A stretch of 64,000 nucleotides of DNA, taken from an uncultured Lachnospiraceae bacterium. Lineage in GTDB: Bacteria > Bacillota > Clostridia > Christensenellales > UBA1242. The stretch is taken from NCBI GenBank assembly GCA_964432825.1, contig CAYSOX010000007.1, positions 975 to 64,974 on the forward strand, given 5' to 3'. Numbering within the stretch: position 1 is the first letter of the stretch; the number at the start of each line of letters is the position of its first letter. The notes under the pieces are model-generated. The model worked only from the letters and a program-made list of their open reading frames with translations, was not told the origin of the DNA and did no database searches. Shown here piece after piece: positions 14,695-25,195 of this stretch. Position numbers and translations under genes: made by a program.

Positions 14695-16776
14695 TTAACC
14701 TAACTTTTCTACTAGTTTTAGGTCAATTCGTCCCTTTTCATCAATTTTTAGCACATTTACTTTTACACGGTCACCAATTTTTACTACATCTTCAACTTTT
14801 TCAACCCTCTTTTCTGCAAGTTTTGAAATGTGAATCATTCCATCTACTCCGTGACGAATTTGCACAAATGCACCAATTGGAATTATGTTTACTACAGTGC
14901 CTTCATAAGTTTCACCAACAACAGGTTCGAAGCAAATATCTAAAATCATTGCCTTTGCCCTTTCTGCACTTTCCTCATCTGGAGTTGAAATCATAACCTT
15001 TCCTTCGTCAGTTATATCAATCTTTACACCAGTTTCGTCAATAATTTTGTTGATAGTTTTTCCACCACTTCCAATAACCTCTCTAATTTTTTCTGGGTCA
15101 ATATTGAATGCTATAATTTTTGGTGCATACTTAGACAAGTTTTCACGAGGCTTGTCAATAGTTGCAAGCATCTTCTTCATAATTTCCAATCTACCAACGC
15201 GTGCTTGTTCAAGTGCTGTGGTTAAAATGTTTTTATCAATACCCTTAATTTTAATATCCATTTGAATAGCGGTGATACCCTTTTCGGTACCGGTAACTTT
15301 AAAGTCCATATCACCATAGAAATCTTCTATACCTTGGATATCGGTTAAAACTGCAACTTGGTCATCCTGTTTGATAAGACCCATTGCGACACCGGCAACA
15401 GGTGCTTTAATTGGGACACCGGCATCCATAAGTGAAAGTGTGGATGCACAAGTGCTTGCCATTGACGAACTACCATTACTTGATAGAACCTCACTTACAA
15501 GTCTTAATGTGTATGGGAATTCATCCTCGCTTGGAATAACTGGTTCCAATGCTCTTTCGGCTAATGCTCCGTGGCCAATTTCTCTTCTGCCTGGGGCTTT
15601 AAGTTGACGAGCCTCACCAGTTGCGTATGGAGGCATATTATATTGATGCATATACCTCTTTTCTTCTTCCAAATCTAACCCATCTAATTTTTGAACCTCA
15701 CCTATTGAACCTAAAGTTAATGCATTCATAACTTGAGTTTGTCCTCTTGTAAATACTGCACTTCCGTGAACTCTTGGCAAAATTCCAACTTCACACCATA
15801 TAGGCCTAATCTCGGTTAAAGTTCTTCCGTCTGGGCGAATATGTTTATTAAAAATCATATCTCTAACGATTTCTTTTTTAAGTTTATAAAGAGTATCGTT
15901 AACTTCACGATTTTTTTCTGGATAAACTTCCTCAAAGTGCTTTACAACATCCGCTTCTACTGCATCAACAGCATTTTGGCGAGTTGCTTTGTCGGTTGTA
16001 GGGGTTAATGCCTCTTTTAATGCGTTGTATGAATACTCGCGAACCGTATTTTCAATTTCCTCCGGAACTGAATAGTATTCAATTTGTGCTTTTGGTTTGC
16101 CAATTTTTTGTACAATCTCTTCAATAAAAGCAATTTCTTGTTTAATATATTCATGTGCAAACATAATAGCATCAAGCATAGTTGCTTCACTCACTTCATT
16201 TGCACCTGCTTCTACCATCATAATAGCATCCTTTGTTCCAGATACTGTTAAATGCATATCGCTGATTTCTTGCTCTGCACTTGATGGGTTTAAAACAAAT
16301 TTTCCATCAATCATACCCACAACTACTGAGCCTGTAGGTCCTGCAAATGGAATATCTGAAATTGAAAGAGCAACAGATGAACCAATCATAGCAAGAACTT
16401 CTGTTGGAAATACATTGTCAACACTTAGTGGTGTTGCAACAACGGCTACATCATTATAAAAGCCCTTTGGGAATAATGGTCTTAGCGGTCTATCAATTAA
16501 TCTTGATATTAAAATAGCCTTGTCGCTACCCCTACCCTCTCTCTTTTTAAAGCCACCAGGAATCTTACCTACTGAATACATTTTTTCTTCAAAATCTACG
16601 CCCAAAGGAAAGAAATCCATTCCTGCGCGTGGGGCTTTGCTCATGGTAACATTTACCATTACCGAACTTTCGCCAACACTTACAATACAACTACCGTTTG
16701 CAAGTCCAGCATACTTTCCACTTTCAACAATGAGTTCTTTGCCGTCTAAGTTTAAAACGAAACGAAAATCGTCCAT
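14695..16776 (-). CDS. pnp: polyribonucleotide nucleotidyltransferase (PNPase)
   Basis: 693 aa. Two RNase-PH-like halves, a KH domain and a C-terminal S1 domain (GETYEGTVVNIIPIGAFVQI). Sits downstream of rpsO. Confidence 0.95.
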   Translation of the reverse strand: MDDFRFVLNLDGKELIVESGKYAGLANGSCIVSVGESSVMVNVTMSKAPRAGMDFFPLGVDFEEKMYSVGKIPGGFKKREGRGSDKAILISRLIDRPLRPLFPKGFYNDVAVVATPLSVDNVFPTEVLAMIGSSVALSISDIPFAGPTGSVVVGMIDGKFVLNPSSAEQEISDMHLTVSGTKDAIMMVEAGANEVSEATMLDAIMFAHEYIKQEIAFIEEIVQKIGKPKAQIEYYSVPEEIENTVREYSYNALKEALTPTTDKATRQNAVDAVEADVVKHFEEVYPEKNREVNDTLYKLKKEIVRDMIFNKHIRPDGRTLTEIRPIWCEVGILPRVHGSAVFTRGQTQVMNALTLGSIGEVQKLDGLDLEEEKRYMHQYNMPPYATGEARQLKAPGRREIGHGALAERALEPVIPSEDEFPYTLRLVSEVLSSNGSSSMASTCASTLSLMDAGVPIKAPVAGVAMGLIKQDDQVAVLTDIQGIEDFYGDMDFKVTGTEKGITAIQMDIKIKGIDKNILTTALEQARVGRLEIMKKMLATIDKPRENLSKYAPKIIAFNIDPEKIREVIGSGGKTINKIIDETGVKIDITDEGKVMISTPDEESAERAKAMILDICFEPVVGETYEGTVVNIIPIGAFVQIRHGVDGMIHISKLAEKRVEKVEDVVKIGDRVKVNVLKIDEKGRIDLKLVEKLG

Positions 16777-16856
16777 AAAATTTTCTCCTTTTATTAATTT
16801 AATTTATTTACTTCAAAAAAGGCGAACGGAAAAACCGTCCACCCCTTCAAAAATAA

Positions 16857-17120
16857 TTACTTTCTGATTTCAAGTCTTTCAATCAATGCACGATAACCTT
16901 CAAGATTTGTTGATTTGTAATAATCAAGCAAGCCTCTTCTTTTACCTACCAATTGTAACAATCCTCTTCTTGAGTGGTTGTCTTTTGGATGGGTCTTAAG
17001 GTGTTCGGTTAAGTGATTGATTCTTTCAGTTAAAAGTGCGATTTGAACTTCTGGAGAACCTGTATCTCCTTCTTTTCTTTGATAATCAGCAATAATCTTG
17101 TTCTTAACTTCTTTTTCCAT
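16857..17120 (-). CDS. rpsO: 30S ribosomal protein S15
   Basis: Classical S15 sequence ([38 protein letters not shown]). Start set at the ATG behind AAGGAG. The 12-codon extension in the track lacks an RBS. Confidence 0.93.
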   Translation of the reverse strand: MEKEVKNKIIADYQRKEGDTGSPEVQIALLTERINHLTEHLKTHPKDNHSRRGLLQLVGKRRGLLDYYKSTNLEGYRALIERLEIRK

Positions 17121-17251
17121 TGTTTTACTCCTTATATAATTTTCACTAAAATCCAAGTAGCCGTCAGAGTAACCTCGCGAAACTTAGACTAAAGTACATT
17201 TAATATAATAACATAATATTTCTAATTTGTAAAGAGTTTTAATAAACTTTT

Positions 17252-19396
17252 TTATTTTCTAAACACATTTTTTACTCCGCTAATTTGCGAGAGTTTATTA
17301 ATTATATCGGTTATTTGGGAATTGTCTTTAATTGTTACAGTTAAGGTTATTGTTGCAATTGAGTTTGTTGCTTTTGCATTAACCGCGGTAAGCGACACAT
17401 TTTTCATTGAACCTAATTCCCCAGTAACTTTGGCTAGTAAATTTGGTGAATCGAGTGCCTTAATTTGAAGTATTGCAGAATACCATTTTGTTTCATAATC
17501 TCGCCACATTACCTTTACAAGGCGGTCACCATTTGAATGTAAGGCTCTAATATTTGAACAATCCGCCCTATGAACAACAATTCCCTTCCCTATGGATACA
17601 AATCCTAAAATATTGTCTGGAGGAATTGGATTGCAACAACCTGCAAGTCTAATTGGAAGCCCTTCCACACCTTTTACAGTAACACCGCAATCGGATGTGG
17701 CTTTGATTTTACCTAACCCGTTTGTTTCTTTGTATTTTTTGCGTTCTTGTGATTTAATTTCACTAATTAATTGGTTAACAATATGGGTTGCAGTGACCCC
17801 TGCATAACCGACTGCAGCACAAACATCGTCAAAAGATAAAAAGTTATGGAATTGCATAATTTTTTGAACTATCGACTCGTCTTTTGTAAGTTCTTGAAGC
17901 GTTGTACCCTTTCGCTTCGCCTCTAATTCTAGCATTTCACGACCAATTTTAACATTGTCCTCTTTTGTCTCTTTTTTAAAGAATGTTCGTATTTTGTTTC
18001 TAGCCGATGAGGTTTGTGCAATTTTTAGCCAGTCTCTGCTAGGCCCTTTACTATTTTGGGAGGTTACAATTTCTACAGTGTCACCTGTGGTTAGTTTGTA
18101 TGAAAGCGGAACCATTTTTCCATTAACCTTCGCACCAACACAAGTGTTTCCAATATCGGTATGCAAAGCATATGCAAAATCAATAGGGGTTGACTTTTCG
18201 GTTAATTCTATAACTTTATTTTTTGGCGTAAATACAAATATATCATTTGCGTAAAAGTCCGATTTTGCAATACTTAAGAAAGTTGTTGTATCCAATGTTT
18301 CGGCATTTTCTTCAATCATTTGACGAAGAAAGGTTAACTTTTTGTCCAAATCGGTCACCTTGCTGGTTTTTGCTTTATACATCCAATGGGCTGCAATACC
18401 ATATTCACAAACCTTATGCATTTCATAAGTTCTTATTTGAACTTCAAAAGGAAGCCCAGACTCAGTCAAAAGTGTGGTATGCAAGGACTGATATCCGTTT
18501 GGCTTAGGTGCAGCGATATAATCCTTAATACGCCCCGGAACAGGTTTCCAACGGTTATGAACCTCACCCAATAGCACATAACAATCCTTAATATCATTTA
18601 CCAAAATCCTAAGTGCTAGGATATCATAAATTTGCTCAATTCCTTTTGATAATTGTTTTTTGTATATACTATATTTTCGCTTAAACCTACTCTTTACTTC
18701 GCCTTTAATATGCAAATCTTTTAAAACATCTTTTAGTTCTTCACCTATTGTATCTAAGTCCTTTTGATGTTTTGCAAACACCTTTTCTAAAAGTCCAGAT
18801 ATTCTCTCGTGTTCTTCAGGATATAAATATTTAAAAACTAAATCTTCTAACTCACCCTTGATGGTGCTAAGACCTAATCTTTCCGCTATCGGAATATATA
18901 TGTCACGGGTGTCCATAGATTTTCTAATTTGATGTTCTTTAGATACGCTGTCCAATGTCCGCATATTATGTAAACGGTCGGCAAGTTTGATAAATATAAC
19001 TCGAATATCCTTTGCCATTGCAAGAAACATTTTACGTAGGGATTCATCATTTTCGTTTGCACTGCTTTTATATCTTAATGTTTTAACACGGCTTACTCCA
19101 TTTACTAGTTCAGACACTTCTTCGCCAAAAAGAACTTTAAGTTCTTCTGGAGTCACACCAGAATCTTCAACCACATCGTGCAAAAGTGCAGCACTGATAG
19201 CCCTTGCATCCAAACCGTATTGCAATAAAATGTCTGCTACTGCGATTGGATGAATTATATAAGGCTCGCCGGTATCCCTTTTTTGGTCTTTATGTTTTTC
19301 TATAGCAAAATCTAAAGCCCTCAAAATTAACTCTTCATCTTTGGCTTTAAACCTTTTATGAATTTCAAATTTAAAAACTTCTACTTCATTTATCAT
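17252..19396 (-). CDS. relA: bifunctional (p)ppGpp synthetase/hydrolase
   Basis: HD hydrolase motif (HDVVED), RelA/SpoT synthetase core, TGS and C-terminal ACT-like region. recJ-relA synteny. Confidence 0.93.
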   Translation of the reverse strand: MINEVEVFKFEIHKRFKAKDEELILRALDFAIEKHKDQKRDTGEPYIIHPIAVADILLQYGLDARAISAALLHDVVEDSGVTPEELKVLFGEEVSELVNGVSRVKTLRYKSSANENDESLRKMFLAMAKDIRVIFIKLADRLHNMRTLDSVSKEHQIRKSMDTRDIYIPIAERLGLSTIKGELEDLVFKYLYPEEHERISGLLEKVFAKHQKDLDTIGEELKDVLKDLHIKGEVKSRFKRKYSIYKKQLSKGIEQIYDILALRILVNDIKDCYVLLGEVHNRWKPVPGRIKDYIAAPKPNGYQSLHTTLLTESGLPFEVQIRTYEMHKVCEYGIAAHWMYKAKTSKVTDLDKKLTFLRQMIEENAETLDTTTFLSIAKSDFYANDIFVFTPKNKVIELTEKSTPIDFAYALHTDIGNTCVGAKVNGKMVPLSYKLTTGDTVEIVTSQNSKGPSRDWLKIAQTSSARNKIRTFFKKETKEDNVKIGREMLELEAKRKGTTLQELTKDESIVQKIMQFHNFLSFDDVCAAVGYAGVTATHIVNQLISEIKSQERKKYKETNGLGKIKATSDCGVTVKGVEGLPIRLAGCCNPIPPDNILGFVSIGKGIVVHRADCSNIRALHSNGDRLVKVMWRDYETKWYSAILQIKALDSPNLLAKVTGELGSMKNVSLTAVNAKATNSIATITLTVTIKDNSQITDIINKLSQISGVKNVFRK

Positions 19397-19408
19397 TAAA
19401 TTTTCCTC

Positions 19409-21670
19409 CTACAAAAAATTGAAAAACTTAGATGATTGCAAGTTTGTTTTTCCTTTTTTAGCGACCGTCAAAAGTTCTATTATATCACTTCGCCTATATC
19501 CTATGAAGCCAAGTTCTGCACACACAAAAATTGTAAATGCTAATTGCGTTAAACTTATGTCCTCGTAATTTGCTTTTATTTTCTTGGCAATTTCAATTAT
19601 ATCATTACCAGAATTTGGAACCCGTTGCATTACCAACTTATAATATTTTGCAAAAGTCTCTCTTGATTTATCGACCTCAATTTTGCAACACTTGTTGTAA
19701 ATAAAAGTGTTTGCCTTAATTTCACCAAATTGTGAATCACCCAAATTTGAATCCGCGAAAATAATGTTTTTATATTGGATATAATTTGTATAATTAATAC
19801 AAGATGTTGGGTTGTACAATACCATACTTCTACCATTGTTTATTGGAATTGTGGATAGTTTAAGGTTGTATTTTTTTGATAATTCTTCAGCCTTTTTAAA
19901 GTCTTCAGTTACAACTAAAGTTCCGCTTTTATAGTTTAAGTATTTTTCTACTTCGGTTAATGAATCAAACTTTTTAATATAATTACACTCTCCCGAAATT
20001 ATACTATTAAAAACCATTTCCATTTTTTTAACATTTATTTCTTCGCTTTTGTTTGCAATTTCTATAGGGTCAACGGCTATATCAACCAAAGTTGCCTTTG
20101 CTTTTGTGCATTTAAAATATGTGTCTACTTCTAAATTTAAATATATCTTTTTAGTGGTATTCATTTCAAAGATAGATTTGTATTTTTCACCATAAAAAGC
20201 AATAATTTCTTTCTTTTTAGGGGTAACAATTCTAAAATGGCGAAAACTTTTCATAGGCTCAATTTTTGCATTTTGAGTTTTTAATAAAAGTGTAGGCTTT
20301 GGATTACAGAAACCAAAAGGCTCTAGCGTTGCGATTGCTTGTGCAAAATTTAAATTTAAATCTTGTTCGGTAATTTCTTCATCATAGTTTATTTCGGTGG
20401 CAACCTCTAATTTGTCATATATTTCTTTAATGTCTGATTGAATTTGCTTTTTAAAGTTGTCGTAATTTTCAGGCGAAATTGTAAGCCCGCCCGCTAAACT
20501 ATGCCCGCCGACATCAATTAAATCTGCACGATATTTATCCAATAGTTCAAACACATTTATACCCTCAATACTTCTGATTGAGGCTTTAAAATTGCCACTT
20601 TCGTCAAGCGTGAATACAAAAACCGGGCGATTGTATTGCCCGCATAGTTTGGACGCTATAATACCAATAAGTCCTAAATTTATGTTGTCACTCTTCACAA
20701 AAATCGCAGGTTCAGAATTTAAATCTATGCCAACCAATTGTTTGTTTATTTCTTCTTGAATTTCTTGTGACTGGCGAAGTCTTTCATTGTTATCCGCTTC
20801 AATTGATGCGTATTTTTCAGCAATTTCATCCGCATTTTCGCTTATCAAAAACTCAAACCCTTTAAATGCGCTATCCATTCTTCCCGATGCATTAAGCCGT
20901 GGAACCAACTTAAAGGCAATATCGGTGCTATCAATTTTTGCCATTTTGATATGCTTTTTGAAAAAATCAATAGATGGCCTAGGGGAATCGCCATTGATTT
21001 TATCTAGTCCAAATTTGGTTAAAATTCGATTTTCATCTATAAGCGGAACAATATCACCAATTGTGGAAATTGCACAAATGTCGATATATTTTAGTGCCTC
21101 TTCAAGCCCGCCTAAATATTGTATAACTTTAAACACGACACCTGCACCACACAATCCATTGAATGGGTATTTTTGACCGCTACATTTTGGGTCTACAATA
21201 ATGCAATCGGGCAAAACTTCAGGAGGCTCGTGGTGGTCAGTTACAATAACATCTATACCACAGTCCTTTAGCATTTCTACTTCATTTTTAGCGGAAATTC
21301 CAGTATCCACCGTAATTACCAAATCCGGAAAATAGGTGCTTGCAATATATTCTACAGTTTCTTCGCTTAAACCATAACCATCGGTATGCCGATTCGGAAT
21401 AAAAGCAATAGGCTCTATGCCTTTAGTTTTTAGAAATAAAAAAAGCATACTGACAGAACAAATTCCGTCAGCATCATAATCACCATAAATTAATACAGTT
21501 TGTTTTTCTTCAATCGCTTGCAAAATGCGATTACCGGCTTCGCTCATTCCATTTAACAACTTAGGGTCGTGAAGCCCTGATAAAGAAGGATTGAGAAAAT
21601 TTTGGATTTCTTCTTCCGTTGAAACCCCTCGTTTCCTCAATATGTTTTTAACCTTCTCTTCATATAGCAT
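19409..21670 (-). CDS. recJ: single-stranded-DNA-specific exonuclease RecJ
   Basis: DHH family motifs DYDADG, TVDTG and TDHH. 753 aa. Confidence 0.9.
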   Translation of the reverse strand: MLYEEKVKNILRKRGVSTEEEIQNFLNPSLSGLHDPKLLNGMSEAGNRILQAIEEKQTVLIYGDYDADGICSVSMLFLFLKTKGIEPIAFIPNRHTDGYGLSEETVEYIASTYFPDLVITVDTGISAKNEVEMLKDCGIDVIVTDHHEPPEVLPDCIIVDPKCSGQKYPFNGLCGAGVVFKVIQYLGGLEEALKYIDICAISTIGDIVPLIDENRILTKFGLDKINGDSPRPSIDFFKKHIKMAKIDSTDIAFKLVPRLNASGRMDSAFKGFEFLISENADEIAEKYASIEADNNERLRQSQEIQEEINKQLVGIDLNSEPAIFVKSDNINLGLIGIIASKLCGQYNRPVFVFTLDESGNFKASIRSIEGINVFELLDKYRADLIDVGGHSLAGGLTISPENYDNFKKQIQSDIKEIYDKLEVATEINYDEEITEQDLNLNFAQAIATLEPFGFCNPKPTLLLKTQNAKIEPMKSFRHFRIVTPKKKEIIAFYGEKYKSIFEMNTTKKIYLNLEVDTYFKCTKAKATLVDIAVDPIEIANKSEEINVKKMEMVFNSIISGECNYIKKFDSLTEVEKYLNYKSGTLVVTEDFKKAEELSKKYNLKLSTIPINNGRSMVLYNPTSCINYTNYIQYKNIIFADSNLGDSQFGEIKANTFIYNKCCKIEVDKSRETFAKYYKLVMQRVPNSGNDIIEIAKKIKANYEDISLTQLAFTIFVCAELGFIGYRRSDIIELLTVAKKGKTNLQSSKFFNFL

Positions 21671-21694
21671 AATGTATTTTATTTACCTTTTCCT

Positions 21695-22615
21695 TTATTT
21701 TGTTTTGATTATTTTAGGTGCAACCTTTTCATCTTCTTTTATTGTGAAATAGAAGGCTCCACTTAAAAATACCGAACTCCAGCAACCAGCAAATGCACTA
21801 ATTATACCTGCAAGTCCAAATTGTACTAATGTTGCATTGAATGTAAACATAAATGCAATGCAAGTTAGAACTAGTAATGAAACTGGAACCAAAATTGTCC
21901 ATAATGATGAATTAATTGACTTTACATATAAATTAACTAATTTTTCTTTCTCGCCATGAACACTTGCCTTGTTCATAAAACTGGTTGAAGTATAATATAT
22001 AAACGCAACCACTCCAAGAATTGCACAAGCCGAAAGTACCCCTATGCTTGCAACACTTATTTGGGTTCGAGTTACTGCAAAAAGTGACAATCCTAAAAGA
22101 ATAGTTCCTGCAAATGCTATCATCAATGCAAAGCCATAAATGTAATTTCTTCTAAGCAATCCATACACAAATAGTCCTACAAGTGCTATTGCGAATGGTA
22201 AAATCAACCAAACTAAATTTTTTGTGAAGTATGTTTTTGATAATTTATTTACTGAAATGTGGTCGGCAACAACTTCACCATCAAACATTTCTACTAAAGT
22301 TTGTTTTACTGTAGCAATATCGGTTGAGTTTGATTTAAACTCAACACTAAGGGTGTATAAATATTCCTTTTCACCATTGGTTGAATGGGTAACTTCCCCA
22401 TCATTTTTTTCAATAACTTCAGAAATATTTTTGATGTAACTATCGGTTCTATTTGCATCAATATAATCAATGCAAACTTCGTATTGGTCACCAAATTGAT
22501 AAGATTTATTAAAACCAAACACACAAACAAAAATTACACCTAGTGCCAAAATTGTAGCACTGAATAGCAACATAAATTTTAACAATGTTTTTGGAGAACT
22601 AAACAATTTATTCAT
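21695..22615 (-). CDS. secF: SecF-like membrane protein (divergent)
   Basis: N-terminal TM, periplasmic-type loop and a C-terminal 5-TM bundle. 8-nt overlap with the SecD-like gene. Conserved Firmicutes position next to recJ. Confidence 0.55.
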   Translation of the reverse strand: MNKLFSSPKTLLKFMLLFSATILALGVIFVCVFGFNKSYQFGDQYEVCIDYIDANRTDSYIKNISEVIEKNDGEVTHSTNGEKEYLYTLSVEFKSNSTDIATVKQTLVEMFDGEVVADHISVNKLSKTYFTKNLVWLILPFAIALVGLFVYGLLRRNYIYGFALMIAFAGTILLGLSLFAVTRTQISVASIGVLSACAILGVVAFIYYTSTSFMNKASVHGEKEKLVNLYVKSINSSLWTILVPVSLLVLTCIAFMFTFNATLVQFGLAGIISAFAGCWSSVFLSGAFYFTIKEDEKVAPKIIKTK

Positions 22616-23915
22616 TTACAGTTTCCTCCCTTTGTGGTAATGCATAAATTTGAGGTTTCTTTTCACCAAATGCAAAACTTAATTGTATTAAATATCTTGC
22701 AAGAAGAATATTTACCAATGCGGTTATAACTGATGATAAAGCAAAAATTGTTCCAATAACAGTAATTTCTAGTTGTCCTAAACATGCAAAAGATAATCCC
22801 GCAATGAACATTATTGCACATACATCAAGTTCTACCCATCTAAATTTATTAAATGAATCCTCAATTGATGTAACTAAAGATTTACCTAAACTGTATTCGG
22901 TTTTAAACTGGCTAAGTTGTGCAATAGTTAAAGCGAATTGAATGATTTGAACAATACCTATTGTTATAACTCCGGCAACACCAACCGATGCCCAAGGCAT
23001 TAATTGTATTGAGAACAACAAAACATAGTCACCTAAAAGAATACTTAGCGAGAACAATAATCCTGCAACCCTAAACTTTATAATGGTGAATACTGCAAGT
23101 ATTACTAAAATTGCTAAAACGGAAATGAATGCAACAAGATTTGCTGTGCTGTTTGCATTTGTATAAACAATTTCAATATCTTCAGAGTCCAAATTGATAG
23201 GAATTAACCCACATCTAAAGGCTTCATAATAATAATTTGCAGAATCTAGCGAATCTTGTAACCAGAAAGTAAAAGAAGTTTGTTCGCTGGTAACATCTAC
23301 CGAATTGTAATTTGAACTTGGGAAAGCCTCACCATCAATAAACATATAGCAAGTTTGCCCTGCCATTTGCATAAACTTATCTTTACCGCTCTTTGTAAAT
23401 TCTACGGTGATGCCATATTGACCTTTGTAGTTTGTAGTTGAAACTGATTTCATTTCTGTCCAACCATCAATAACTATTAAATCTTGATGTTCGTCATCTT
23501 TTACAACGGTGGCACTTTTATTGTTTCTAAACTCTAAACGCCCACCTGCAAGTGTTGTGAAAAATGTTTCAAGTTCGCTTGCTGTTGACTGTTCTAAAGG
23601 TTTAGCAACTTCAACTTTAAGTTGGGAATTGCCAAATTTTGAAACATTGACGGTATTTGCTCCATATTTTTCTTCAAGAAGGTCACCAATCATTTTGATA
23701 GACTTATCTAAATTGGTTGCCTCACTCTCAGTAAAATTGTATATTGCACTAATGCTGTCACCGATTTCGCTGGTTTTACGAATAGCACCGAATGATGACA
23801 AAAAGTCCTTTGCGCCAAATTGCATTGGTACAAAAGTAAAAATTGTAAATACCGCAAATACTAGTGCGAAAATGCAGTAAAGAACAATAGTTTTTGTTTT
23901 GCTAAAATTTTCCAT
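22608..23915 (-). CDS. secD: SecD-like membrane protein (divergent)
   Basis: Same architecture as SecF. The C-terminal region GVAGVITIGIVQI...DVCAIMFIAGL aligns loosely with the SecD GIAG.IL.IGMAVD...TTLIA pattern, but key residues are substituted. Confidence 0.55.
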   Translation of the reverse strand: MENFSKTKTIVLYCIFALVFAVFTIFTFVPMQFGAKDFLSSFGAIRKTSEIGDSISAIYNFTESEATNLDKSIKMIGDLLEEKYGANTVNVSKFGNSQLKVEVAKPLEQSTASELETFFTTLAGGRLEFRNNKSATVVKDDEHQDLIVIDGWTEMKSVSTTNYKGQYGITVEFTKSGKDKFMQMAGQTCYMFIDGEAFPSSNYNSVDVTSEQTSFTFWLQDSLDSANYYYEAFRCGLIPINLDSEDIEIVYTNANSTANLVAFISVLAILVILAVFTIIKFRVAGLLFSLSILLGDYVLLFSIQLMPWASVGVAGVITIGIVQIIQFALTIAQLSQFKTEYSLGKSLVTSIEDSFNKFRWVELDVCAIMFIAGLSFACLGQLEITVIGTIFALSSVITALVNILLARYLIQLSFAFGEKKPQIYALPQREETVNE

Positions 23916-23993
23916 TTTGCCCTACCTTAAATTAATCTTACCTTATAATTATAATCATTTATTGACCGTGGGTCAAGCATTTAAGCGACCTTT

Positions 23994-25046
23994 TTACTCT
24001 TCTGTTGAATCGCTTTCAGTTTTTGTTTCGGAAACATCTTCCGTTTGCCCTTTGCATTTTGCAATTAAATCGTTTAATATCTCGGGGTTGTTTAATAGGT
24101 AATTTCTTGCATTTTCTCTGCCTTGACCTATCTTTTCGCCATTATACGCAAACCATGAACCGCTCTTTTCAATATAACCCATTTCAGTAGCCATATCCAA
24201 AACACAACCTTCTTGACTTATGCCTGCGCCGTAAATAATATCAAATTCTGCAGTTTTGAATGGAGGTGCGAGTTTGTTTTTTACAACCTTTACACGAGTT
24301 CTGTTTCCTACACTGTCCGAACCATCTTTAAGTGTATCAATTTTTCGAACATCCAAACGAATACTTGCATAGAACTTAAGTGCCTTTCCCCCAGGTGTGG
24401 TTTCTGGTGAACCAAACATAACGCCGACCTTTTCACGCAATTGGTTAATAAATACAACACAAGTTTTTGTTTTGTTTGTAATACCTGCAAGTTTACGAAG
24501 TGCTTGGCTCATAAGTCTTGCTTGAAGGCCTATATGGTTATCACCCATTTCCCCGTCAATTTCTGCCTTTGGGGTAAGTGCTGCAACGGAGTCTATAACA
24601 ACAACATCTAATGCCCCACTTCTTACAAGTTCTTCAGCAATTTCAAGCCCTTGCTCTCCGTTGTCTGGTTGTGAAACATAAAGATTTTGAAGGTCTACAC
24701 CAAGTCTTGCGGCGTATGTTGGGTCTAAAGCATGTTCGGCATCTATAAATGCACATGTGCCACCTGCCTTTTGGGCTTCTGCAATTATATGAAGTGAAAC
24801 AGTAGTTTTACCTGAAGATTCTGGTCCATATATTTCTACAATTCTTCCACGAGGAATACCACCTATTCCCAATGCAAGGTCTAAAGTTAAACAACCGGTA
24901 GAAATAACATCAATTGGTTGAACAGATTGTTCGCCAAGTCTCATAATTGAACCCTTGCCATGTTGTTTTTCAATAGATGCAATAATTTGCTCTAATGCTT
25001 TTAATTTGTCTTCTTTTGTTAAATTCTTTTCGTTTTCTTTTGCCAT
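23994..25046 (-). CDS. recA: recombinase RecA
   Basis: Walker [10 protein letters not shown]. Near-canonical RecA sequence throughout. Confidence 0.97.
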   Translation of the reverse strand: MAKENEKNLTKEDKLKALEQIIASIEKQHGKGSIMRLGEQSVQPIDVISTGCLTLDLALGIGGIPRGRIVEIYGPESSGKTTVSLHIIAEAQKAGGTCAFIDAEHALDPTYAARLGVDLQNLYVSQPDNGEQGLEIAEELVRSGALDVVVIDSVAALTPKAEIDGEMGDNHIGLQARLMSQALRKLAGITNKTKTCVVFINQLREKVGVMFGSPETTPGGKALKFYASIRLDVRKIDTLKDGSDSVGNRTRVKVVKNKLAPPFKTAEFDIIYGAGISQEGCVLDMATEMGYIEKSGSWFAYNGEKIGQGRENARNYLLNNPEILNDLIAKCKGQTEDVSETKTESDSTEE

Positions 25047-25195
25047 ATTTTTCCCCTCTACTAAATAGTTTTATTATTGGACTATGCTACCTTTTTGATT
25101 AATTGGATACATTTTTTTATTGTCCAAATGTGCGATACACACCAACTGATTAAATTATATCCTATAACCAATTCCATTTCAACATAAATTGAAAA

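Noticed and set aside
17121-17156. 12-codon N-terminal extension of rpsO. Similar 5' extensions occur for spoVAC, spoVAD, spoVAE, comM and the 30267 peptidase.
   Set aside because: In each case an internal ATG preceded by a good Shine-Dalgarno sequence gives the canonical family N-terminus. The extensions overlap upstream genes or RBSs.
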